Shown: positions 17,132-24,415 of the stretch, in pieces
How positions within the stretch are numbered: position 1 is the first letter of the stretch
Layout: each line of letters begins with the position of its first letter
Sequence record: SRR31156797_416
Strand: one strand, 5' to 3'
DNA length: 24,415 nt
Position numbers and translations under genes: made by a program
Notes under the pieces: generated by a model
What the model was told of the DNA's origin: nothing
The model's input: only the letters and a program-made list of their open reading frames with translations
Database searches by the model: none

Positions 17132-17464
17132 TCAGAACTTGACAATTCCACACAAATGATTCACTACTTTATCATACATTATTGTAGAAATTTTTCCGGT
17201 CTTTTTGATGATAATGCTTTTTTCAGCAGTGAATAGCCTGTTTGGTCTTATATTACTGGTTTTATGGAGGAATCCCTCAACGAAATCTTTTTCTTTAAGT
17301 AAAATAGCATATTCATCTTTTGTAAATTGACTTGTGATCTGACAGAGTATGATATCATCACCTTTAAGCTCTGACATTACCAGAGCCGGTCGTTTCTTTG
17401 CTTTTGACAAATCCGAATACGGAAATGGGATTACTACAATATCACCTTTTACAAATTTTTCCAT
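17132..17464 (-). CDS. mazF: Type II toxin, PemK/MazF family endoribonuclease
   Basis: KGDIVVIPFPYSDLSKAKKRPALV...DIILCQITSQ...SNIRPNRLFT. Confidence 0.93.
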   Translation of the reverse strand: MEKFVKGDIVVIPFPYSDLSKAKKRPALVMSELKGDDIILCQITSQFTKDEYAILLKEKDFVEGFLHKTSNIRPNRLFTAEKSIIIKKTGKISTIMYDKVVNHLCGIVKF

Positions 17465-17682
17465 GCTTCATCTTCTTCGGCTGACAGCCAGTCTTTACCC
17501 AATAGTTTTTCGCTTGCCAGGTGAGTAAGTATTTGGTCTGATTCAGTTTTACTGCCTGGTAATGATTCTTGTTTTAGCAGTTCACTCAATTTCTTCTTTT
17601 CTAAATCAGGCAGTTGTGTTACCAATGCAACTACCTGATTGAAGCTTAGCGGTAACTGTATGTTAATATTTTTTGATTCCAT
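17449..17682 (-). CDS. Putative antitoxin of the MazF-type toxin
   Basis: Directly upstream of the toxin with a 16-nt overlap. The acidic tail LASEKLLGKDWLSAEEDEAWKNL is characteristic of partners of this MazF clade. The ATG at 17682 is preferred to the TTG at 17703. Confidence 0.82.
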   Translation of the reverse strand: MESKNINIQLPLSFNQVVALVTQLPDLEKKKLSELLKQESLPGSKTESDQILTHLASEKLLGKDWLSAEEDEAWKNL

Positions 17683-17880
17683 ATACTTATATTTTTTAAT
17701 CAACTGTCATTTATTGAAAGGATTTTATCCATAAACAAAAATGATATTTACCAAAAATACAAAATTTAAACAATGGATATCCTTAGTATATTTTCGGAAA
17801 AGGTTGGCATCATCTCTTGTAATTCAATAGCTACCTGAGTTATCTCCGACAACAAAAAGCGTGAAAATCTGAAAAATTGC

Positions 17881-18747
17881 CTAAATCAAACTATCCACCG
17901 AAAATAAAATCAGCACCAGCATCAGGAATAAGTTGATTTCCATGAAAGCTTTGCTAAGATTAAACTGTTGTTTTCGCATCAGGATGAAGAAGCTGTAAAC
18001 GATCCAAACCGAGGAGGCGAGAAGCAGTGCTGTTATCACACCTGAGGATATTACCCCTGCAACCGGGATGATCATCACCGAGAAGGCTGTTGCCAGCACC
18101 CATACAAAAATGAGCTTTTTCAATTGTGCTTCACTGAAATAGGAAGTCAGTGTTGAAAACCCGGCTACTTCGTATTCCGGCCCAAATTTCAACAATAGGA
18201 GAATAAAATGAGGAACCTGCCAGATGAAAAGCAGCATGGCAATCAGGATAATGGCCGTATCGAATACATACCCACCGGCGGCTGTCCAGCCAATCATAGG
18301 CGGAAAAGCCCCTACAAAAGCCCCTGCTAGAACCGCAAATACAGTCTTGCGTTTCATGGGCGTGTAAATGCCATTATACCAAAGCAACGTTAAAAGTCCG
18401 ATTAAGCATGCAGTCAGGTTGTTTCCAAGGTATAGGATCAGGGCTCCTGAAAGTGAAACGATAATCGAAAATATGAGGGTGTTGGTCGACGAAAACCTGC
18501 CGCTGGGGATGGGCCGGTTTTTAGTCCGGTTCATACGGGCATCCAGGTGGTATTCCTGGTACTGATTCAGGGCAGCACTACCGCCGGCCAAAAGAAATAC
18601 GCCTATGGTGGAGATCAGGGCACCGGAGTCAAAACTCCCGTTGTACACCAGGTAGCCGGTGAGTGAACTGATGGAAACAGCAAAAGGGATTTTTATTTTG
18701 CTCAGTTCGGCAAACAGTCCAAAATATGTCTTTAACCTACTGGTCAT
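17881..18747 (-). CDS. cyoE: Protoheme IX farnesyltransferase (heme O synthase, CyoE/CtaB)
   Basis: ALNQYQE..LDARMNRTKNRPIPSGR, YTPMKRKT, GAFPPMIGWTAA and WQVPHF. Confidence 0.95.
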   Translation of the reverse strand: MTSRLKTYFGLFAELSKIKIPFAVSISSLTGYLVYNGSFDSGALISTIGVFLLAGGSAALNQYQEYHLDARMNRTKNRPIPSGRFSSTNTLIFSIIVSLSGALILYLGNNLTACLIGLLTLLWYNGIYTPMKRKTVFAVLAGAFVGAFPPMIGWTAAGGYVFDTAIILIAMLLFIWQVPHFILLLLKFGPEYEVAGFSTLTSYFSEAQLKKLIFVWVLATAFSVMIIPVAGVISSGVITALLLASSVWIVYSFFILMRKQQFNLSKAFMEINLFLMLVLILFSVDSLI

Positions 18748-18751
18748 TTTT

Positions 18752-19672
18752 TTATTTCAGCGATTTAATATACTCAATAATATGATCAACTTCTTGGTCA
18801 GATACCATGCCGTCATAGCCGGGCATCAAGCCTTCGTTAAATCCAACCACTACCTCAGCATTGGGTTCATAAATTGATTTGCGGATATAATCGGCGTCAA
18901 CGGTCACGGTTTTTTCTTCGCCATCAACAAGTACCTGGCGTTCTTGTCCCCAGATGCCTTTAAAACTGTTTCCAACGAGTTTGATCCCATCGGAGGAATG
19001 ACACGCAACGCAGCCATTCATTTTAATTACATTGAATCCTTCAGACACCTGGTCGAGGTCACTTTCGCCTTCAGGCGTTTTTTGCCATTCAGCCCATTGC
19101 TGATTATCAACTACTTCAACCGTAGTGAGCATATAGGCATGCCGGAGCCCGCAATATTCTGCGCATAGCAAATCATAAGATCCCAGTTCGTTGGCTGTAA
19201 ACCACATATAATTGTCACGGCCAGGTATTACGTCTTCTTTGATTCGGAATGCCGGAACATACAATGCATGGTTAACATCAACGGAAATCAGATTGAGCAA
19301 CACCGGTTTATCTTTTGGAACAATCAGTTTATCGCTTTTCTTCCCGTTTTCGTATTCAAATGTCCAGCTCCACATCCTTGCGATGGCTTTCACCGGGATG
19401 GCATCATCCGGTACATCGCGCATGGGTGCAAATCCGGCCCAGCCATAATAAAACATCACCAAAACAAGGATAGTGGGGATCACTGTCCAGATCACCTCAA
19501 GCTTGTTGCTACCGGTAATGGAGGTGTCAGCTTTTGGATTTTTTGATTTCCTGTACCTGAAAACAAAGTATATCATGGTACCTGTGATCAGGATCAGGAA
19601 AAAGACCGAGATTCCCAGGATCACATAAAAAGCAAGATCAACGCCTTCTACAAAATTTGAAGCTCCACTCAT
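18752..19672 (-). CDS. coxB: Cytochrome c oxidase subunit II with fused C-terminal cytochrome c
   Basis: Two TM helices, LEVIWTVIP, WSWTFEY, CuA ligands DVNH...CAEYCGLRHAYM, and heme c motif CVACH with a distal Met (LMPGY). Confidence 0.96.
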   Translation of the reverse strand: MSGASNFVEGVDLAFYVILGISVFFLILITGTMIYFVFRYRKSKNPKADTSITGSNKLEVIWTVIPTILVLVMFYYGWAGFAPMRDVPDDAIPVKAIARMWSWTFEYENGKKSDKLIVPKDKPVLLNLISVDVNHALYVPAFRIKEDVIPGRDNYMWFTANELGSYDLLCAEYCGLRHAYMLTTVEVVDNQQWAEWQKTPEGESDLDQVSEGFNVIKMNGCVACHSSDGIKLVGNSFKGIWGQERQVLVDGEEKTVTVDADYIRKSIYEPNAEVVVGFNEGLMPGYDGMVSDQEVDHIIEYIKSLK

Positions 19673-19687
19673 TTTATTTCCTCCGTT

Positions 19688-19975
19688 TTAAAAGTACAGG
19701 TAATCCGTAAATAAGAAGATCAAAACAGCTATAAACAATACTGCAACCCCAACGACCATTGCCTGCATAAACCGGTTTTCGAATTTCAGATGCATAAAAT
19801 AGGTTCCGACAAGATAGGTCTTGATACTGGCAACAATTAGTGCTATAACTACTGTTAGTGCCTGGAAATCGAATTGTGCAATCTCAATCGTGATCAAGGT
19901 AAAGATCAACAGGTCGATCCAAATCAGGATATTGAATTTATATTCAACTATATGTACGTCGTGTTCTTCTGACAT
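19688..19975 (-). CDS. Cytochrome c oxidase subunit IV (prokaryotic Cox4 family)
   Basis: Three TM helices, K..LV..YFMHLKFE, and operon position. Confidence 0.9.
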   Translation of the reverse strand: MSEEHDVHIVEYKFNILIWIDLLIFTLITIEIAQFDFQALTVVIALIVASIKTYLVGTYFMHLKFENRFMQAMVVGVAVLFIAVLIFLFTDYLYF

Positions 19976-19988
19976 TTTCTGTTTTTTT

Positions 19989-20612
19989 TTAGATGATTAG
20001 ATAGAATAATGGAAACAGGTAAATCCATATGACATCCACCAGGTGCCAGTATAATCCGCCATTTTCCAGGTATATATACCTTTTTTGATTGATTGTGCCT
20101 TTTTTGATGTAGTGTGCTATGATTAGCAGCAGGATAGCCCCAACGATCACGTGAATCGCGTGAAGCCCTGTCATGAAAAAATAAAGGTTGAAAAACTGCG
20201 CTTCACCCTTGCTTAGTTCATTGTAGTGATCCATGCCCGGAAACAGGCCATGCTCCCACTTGGCATACCATTCGAAGTATTTGTTTACCATAAATGCGCC
20301 GGCAAAGGCGATGGTCCACCAAATCAGGTTGTAGGCCTTGCGGCCATCACCCTTTTGCAGTGCTGTGATTGACAGCGCCACGGTGAGACTGCTGGTTAGC
20401 AGGAAAATGGTGTTGATGGCACCAACAGGCATATTCAGCTCGGCTGAGCCGGCATGAAACGCCTCAGGGTTCAGAAAGCGATATGCGGCATAAACAATGA
20501 AAAGTCCACCAAAAAGCAATACCTCGGTGAACAGGAAAAGCCACATCCCCATTTTTTTTCCATAGGGATCAAAATGGATTACGTCGTCGTGCGAAACAGC
20601 TTGTGAACTCAT
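19989..20612 (-). CDS. ctaE: Cytochrome c oxidase subunit III
   Basis: GMWLFLFTEVLLFGGLF, NTIFLLTSS, MTGLHAIHV and GLYWHLVDVIWIYLFPLFY. Confidence 0.95.
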   Translation of the reverse strand: MSSQAVSHDDVIHFDPYGKKMGMWLFLFTEVLLFGGLFIVYAAYRFLNPEAFHAGSAELNMPVGAINTIFLLTSSLTVALSITALQKGDGRKAYNLIWWTIAFAGAFMVNKYFEWYAKWEHGLFPGMDHYNELSKGEAQFFNLYFFMTGLHAIHVIVGAILLLIIAHYIKKGTINQKRYIYLENGGLYWHLVDVIWIYLFPLFYLII

Positions 20613-20613
20613 A

Positions 20614-22254
20614 TTATGCGTTTTGATTTTTCTTTTCTAAATACGCTTCATAGTCAGTGTAATCGTATGGTCCGCGTTCAATTTCAGGTGTTTTGTCGAA
20701 GTTATAAAGCGTTGGTGGCGACTTTGTATGTGTCCAGTCGAGTGTTACCGAACCCCATGGATTTGTGGAAGCTTTCGGTCCTTTTCGTCCGTTGATCAGG
20801 TTTACGATCATCATGATAAGCCCGATGGCCAGAATCCAGGACCCGAATGTTGATATCTGATTTGGTAGCGTGAATTCAGGAAGGTAGTCGTAATATCTTC
20901 TGGGCATGCCCATCATACCTAAAACCAGCATGGGGAAATATACCAGGTTAAACCCTATAAAAAGGATTGTGAAAGCAATGTTGGCCACCTTTGCATTGTA
21001 CATCCGGCCCCATATTTTAGGATAATAAAAGTGGATAGCGCCGAAGAACGCAAACCCCGTTCCACCAAACATCACATAGTGGAAGTGTCCAACCACGAAA
21101 TAGGTATCGTGAACATGAATATCAGTTGCAAGTGCACCAACAACCAACCCTGTTAAACCACCAATGGTAAACAGGAAAATAAATGCCAGTGCATAAAGGA
21201 GTGGTGTTTTTATTTCGATGGATCCCTTGTAAAGTGTAGAGACCCAGTTAAACACTTTGATGGCACTGGGTATCGCCACAAGGAACGTGAGTACAGAAAA
21301 GATTATTCGGGCGGGACCGCTCATTCCTGATGTAAACATATGGTGCCCCCACACGAAATATCCGATAAAGGCAATGGCCAAACCTGAATACACAATCACT
21401 TTATAACCAAATATGGATTTCTTAACAAATACCGGGATGGTTTCAGAGATGATCCCCATGGCAGGCAGCACCATAATGTAAACTGCCGGGTGTGAGTAAA
21501 TCCAGAACAGGTGCTGGTAAAGAACCGGATCGCCGCCAAGTGCAGGATCAAACAGTCCGATGCCCAGGGAGCGTTCTGCTACAATCATTAAAAGGGTGAT
21601 GCCAACTACAGGTGTAGCCAAAACCTGGATCCAGGCTGTAGCGTACAAGGCCCATGGGAAAAGTGGCATCTTCATCCACGACATTCCGGGAGCACGCATC
21701 TGGTGCATGGTAACAATAAAATTCAGCCCGGTTAATATGGATGAAAACCCAAGAACAAAAGCAGCAAGAACAGCTACGGTAACATTGGTTCCGGTTTTAA
21801 CACTGTACGGGGCATAAAACGTCCAGCCGGTATCGGCAGGGCCTTCGCCATAAAGTAAGGTCGCAAGCGCGAGTAATCCGCCAATCACATACAGGTACCA
21901 TGAAATCAGGTTTAATTTTGGAAAAGCTACGTCGGGTGCCCCAATCAACATGGGCAGGGCAAAGTTCCCGAAGATGGCAGGGATCCCCGGAATGATAAAC
22001 AAAAAGATCATAATAACACCGTGGAGCGTAAAAACCTCGTTGTAGGTTTGTGGATCCAGCAGGGTTTCACCAGGTGCGATCAATTCATATCGCATAATCA
22101 ACCCCAGAATAAACGCAACCACGAAAAATGCACTAACTGCATAAAAATACAATAGGGCGATTCGCTTATGATCTTCGGTTACCAGCCACGAGAGAAAGCC
22201 TTTCCTGACCTGGTAAAAATTCACATACTCTCTTGGTTGTGGTATAGCAGTCAT
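20614..22254 (-). CDS. ctaD: Cytochrome c oxidase subunit I, A2-type heme-copper oxygen reductase
   Basis: [60 protein letters not shown] and GMPRRY. Confidence 0.97.
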   Translation of the reverse strand: MTAIPQPREYVNFYQVRKGFLSWLVTEDHKRIALLYFYAVSAFFVVAFILGLIMRYELIAPGETLLDPQTYNEVFTLHGVIMIFLFIIPGIPAIFGNFALPMLIGAPDVAFPKLNLISWYLYVIGGLLALATLLYGEGPADTGWTFYAPYSVKTGTNVTVAVLAAFVLGFSSILTGLNFIVTMHQMRAPGMSWMKMPLFPWALYATAWIQVLATPVVGITLLMIVAERSLGIGLFDPALGGDPVLYQHLFWIYSHPAVYIMVLPAMGIISETIPVFVKKSIFGYKVIVYSGLAIAFIGYFVWGHHMFTSGMSGPARIIFSVLTFLVAIPSAIKVFNWVSTLYKGSIEIKTPLLYALAFIFLFTIGGLTGLVVGALATDIHVHDTYFVVGHFHYVMFGGTGFAFFGAIHFYYPKIWGRMYNAKVANIAFTILFIGFNLVYFPMLVLGMMGMPRRYYDYLPEFTLPNQISTFGSWILAIGLIMMIVNLINGRKGPKASTNPWGSVTLDWTHTKSPPTLYNFDKTPEIERGPYDYTDYEAYLEKKNQNA

Positions 22255-22269
22255 ATTTAAAAAATTTGT

Positions 22270-23064
22270 TTAGTTATTTACTTTTGGGTGTAGGCGTCTT
22301 TTTTTGTTGAAAATCAGGAATAACAGTAATGTAAGGGCCAGAAGGATAATGATCGTCCCTGATACTTTGGTAATATTGAATACGTATTTTTTTCCTTCAG
22401 GATCGTAGCTGAAGCAGTAGTTTAGGATTTTGTTGATGGTTGGGCCTGAGCGTCCCTCCTGGGCCTCTACCAGTGCCATTTTCATATCAAAGGGCAGGAA
22501 GTAAGTTCCGTAAAGATAACGGGTGATTTTACCTTCAGGGCTGAGCACCATAATGGCGGCAGCATGGATGAAATCATCGCCATCGCGTTTGAAGCGATAT
22601 CCCATGCTTTCAGTAAGCCGGGCAATGTTGGTGCTGTCACCAACCATCCAAAGCCAATTACTTTCGTCAATATCTTTTTTAACCTGTTTTACGTAATTCT
22701 TCTTTTTGGATTTCGCTAACTGGTAGGTTTCTTTTTCATTAAAACTAACGGTAAGTACCTGGTAGTCTTTTCCCAGTTCCATGTCGGTTTTTCCGATTAC
22801 GTCAGCAATGCCGTCCAATAGCGGACTGCAAATGCCGGGACAGGTAAAGTAAACGAGGGTTAATACAGTGGGTTTGTCGATGAGTGATTTGAAATTCACC
22901 TCTTCGCCGTCTTCGGTGGTAAAGGTTAAATCGTCAGGCACGTACTCATCCAGCTTTTCATAAATGCCAAGCAGGCTCATCAGTGAATCGGAAGTCATTT
23001 CCTCATCCTGAGCTAATGAAAACAGGAATGCAAAGGATAAAATTAAGGTTAGAAAATATTTCAT
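22270..23064 (-). CDS. SCO family copper chaperone
   Basis: Signal peptide, YFTCPGICSPL (CxxxC), conserved His in FIHAA, C-terminal TM anchor; first gene of the cox operon. Confidence 0.93.
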   Translation of the reverse strand: MKYFLTLILSFAFLFSLAQDEEMTSDSLMSLLGIYEKLDEYVPDDLTFTTEDGEEVNFKSLIDKPTVLTLVYFTCPGICSPLLDGIADVIGKTDMELGKDYQVLTVSFNEKETYQLAKSKKKNYVKQVKKDIDESNWLWMVGDSTNIARLTESMGYRFKRDGDDFIHAAAIMVLSPEGKITRYLYGTYFLPFDMKMALVEAQEGRSGPTINKILNYCFSYDPEGKKYVFNITKVSGTIIILLALTLLLFLIFNKKRRLHPKVNN

Positions 23065-23104
23065 TTTGTGAGAGAAGGCCCTCTTTTTAGTTAGTATTTG
23101 GCCG

Positions 23105-23113
23105 GCAAAATTA
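23105..23113 (-). promoter_or_regulatory. Candidate -7 box (TAATTTTGC) of the sco-cox operon
   Basis: TAnnTTTGC about 40 nt upstream of the sco ATG. Confidence 0.55.
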
Positions 23114-23569
23114 AAATTTAATTGGTTTTTCTTACCCTTTTAAATGGTTGTACACCAATTAAAAATTGTTAATGATTTGTTAAAATCGGCAATGATTGAG
23201 CACAATAGAAAATGCAATTTGTAAAATTCAATATTTTTAGTCGACTACTACATTTAAGTAATGTAACGCCAGAAGTACAATAAATTGATTCCTTTATTTT
23301 TGGCTGAATGACGCAAATTATAACTTGGCAAAAATGAATGACTGATTAAATCCCATGTAGGCTAAGGAATACCCAAATCCTTTTGATCAAATTTCCAGTG
23401 CAGTTCATGGGCATTATATTTTGGGGTGCTCTAGGATGATCTTCTAATCAATGAACGACGGGAGCAGATTATAAACAGATTTCCGTTGAACTATATTGAG
23501 CCCAACGATGTAAACAGCACTTTGTAAAACTACAATTTGAACCACACAACTTAAAAAACATAATTCCCA

Positions 23570-23591
23570 ACCCGCCTCCGGCGAGGCAGGC
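23570..23591 (-). repeat. GC-rich hairpin GCCTGCCTC-GCCG-GAGGCGGGT abutting the nitroreductase stop
   Basis: 9-bp stem with G-U pairs on the minus strand and no immediate U-tract; CCTGCC...GGCRGG-type palindrome. Confidence 0.55.
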
Positions 23592-24146
23592 TCACAACTT
23601 CTTCCCCCAGCCATTAAAACTCACAATCTCCCCAAACTCCTTCCTTCCCTTAACCGGTTGCTTTTTATAATCGGGGTATCCAACGGAGATCAATAATCCG
23701 ATGGTTTTCTTAGCCGGAATGTTGAGTAGTTTTTTGATGGCCTTCTCGTTGAACCATCCCAACATGCAGGTGCCCAAACCAAGATCAGTAGCCTGCAGAC
23801 AAAAGTGTTCGGCGGCAATGCCAATGTCTATAAGCGGGTATTCTTTATTCTTTATGGCACCGCCTATTTGCGTGATCAGTTTTGGTTTTTCCATGAGGAT
23901 AACTGCAATGGCCGTGGCATTGCTCACAAATTTGTTGAAAGCAATTACCTTGTTGTAAGTCAGTTCAGCAACTTCCTTAACAAGTTTCGGGTCGTCAACA
24001 ACAATAAAATGCCAGGGCTGCGAATTGCATGCAGATGGTGCCAGCCTGGCCGCTTCAACACATTGCTCAAGTTTTTCTCTTTCAACAGGTTTGTCAGCAT
24101 ATTTTCTGGCGCTGTACCTGGATTTTATAAGGTCAATAAATTTCAT
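23592..24146 (-). CDS. Nitroreductase family flavoprotein
   Basis: SRYSARKY, AARLAPSACNSQPWHFIVV, DIGIAAEHFCLQATDLGLGTCMLGWF and GYP. Confidence 0.95.
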   Translation of the reverse strand: MKFIDLIKSRYSARKYADKPVEREKLEQCVEAARLAPSACNSQPWHFIVVDDPKLVKEVAELTYNKVIAFNKFVSNATAIAVILMEKPKLITQIGGAIKNKEYPLIDIGIAAEHFCLQATDLGLGTCMLGWFNEKAIKKLLNIPAKKTIGLLISVGYPDYKKQPVKGRKEFGEIVSFNGWGKKL

Positions 24147-24218
24147 GTGGTAAAATTAGTTTTTTCAGGATCAGGTAAACAATTTGTTGGTGAGGTGGTT
24201 TGCTTTGGCGGAAGAGGT

Positions 24219-24325
24219 GGCATGAGCGACTTGAGCGAAAAAGGCGAACGAAGTGACTTAAGGGACTTGAGAGACTGAAGCGACTGAAGAGACTTGAGGG
24301 AATGAAGTGACTGAGGGAAGTGGGC
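24219..24325. repeat. Degenerate 9-bp tandem repeat, about 12 units (GAMTKRAGN)
   Basis: GACTTGAGC, GAAAAAGGC, GAACGAAGT, GACTTAAGG, GACTTGAGA, GACTGAAGC, GACTGAAGA, GACTTGAGG and GAATGAAGT in phase from 24228 to 24308. Confidence 0.85.
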
Positions 24326-24372
24326 GAAATATTTGATTTGACGATGTAGTTGGATGAGTGATAAAAGTGATA

Positions 24373-24415
24373 AATTACGCGTTTTGAATTACGAGTTACG
24401 AATTACGAGTTACGA
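24373..24415. repeat. 7-bp tandem repeat ARTTACG, running off the right edge
   Basis: AATTACG CGTTTTG AATTACG AGTTACG AATTACG AGTTACG A. Confidence 0.88.

Noticed and set aside
16903-17236. Plus-strand ORFs of 72 aa and 62 aa
   Set aside because: Antisense to the orphan cyoE end and mazF, with non-ATG starts and no protein-like features.
23288-23530. Possible degraded ORF in the gap upstream of sco (AKEYPNPFDQ... / DDLLINERREQIINRFPLNY...)
   Set aside because: Short open stretches in different frames with no recognisable family and no CxxCH. Cannot be supported as a pseudogene without a search.
23805-24278. 157-aa plus-strand ORF reading into the 9-mer repeats (SDLSEKGERSDLRDLRD)
   Set aside because: Mostly antisense to the nitroreductase; the repetitive tail is a by-product of the 9-bp period.

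Overview
This is a 24.4 kb chromosomal window from a Bacteroidota bacterium, probably Bacteroidales-like. That call rests on the S6/S18/L9 sequences, the rpsF-rpsR-rplI order with no ssb or priB, and repeated TAnnTTTG promoter boxes. Left to right it holds: (1) a minus-strand lipid-modification operon of two SAM methyltransferases, an FAD oxidoreductase and DUF1365, matching the gene families of the furan-fatty-acid pathway; (2) a tropinone-reductase-like SDR; (3) an Xre/RES toxin-antitoxin pair; (4) rpsF-rpsR-rplI with a terminator; (5) a small SxtJ-like membrane protein; (6) a secreted M14 carboxypeptidase with PKD and CUB domains and a duplicated C-terminal module; (7) an LptF/G permease, an ArnT-like glycosyltransferase and a flippase-like protein; (8) a four-hairpin REP-like element; (9) a CPA1 cation/H+ antiporter; (10) a MazF-type TA pair lying between heme O synthase and a diverged, mostly synonymous second copy of that gene's 3' end; (11) a six-gene A2-type cytochrome c oxidase operon in the Desulfovibrio/Geobacter gene order; (12) a nitroreductase; (13) 9-bp and 7-bp tandem repeats at the right edge. 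The most unusual directly visible structure is the TA cassette flanked by two copies of the ctaB/cyoE gene end, with a half GTAG-palindrome at one junction. All family calls come from motif recognition, not database searches.
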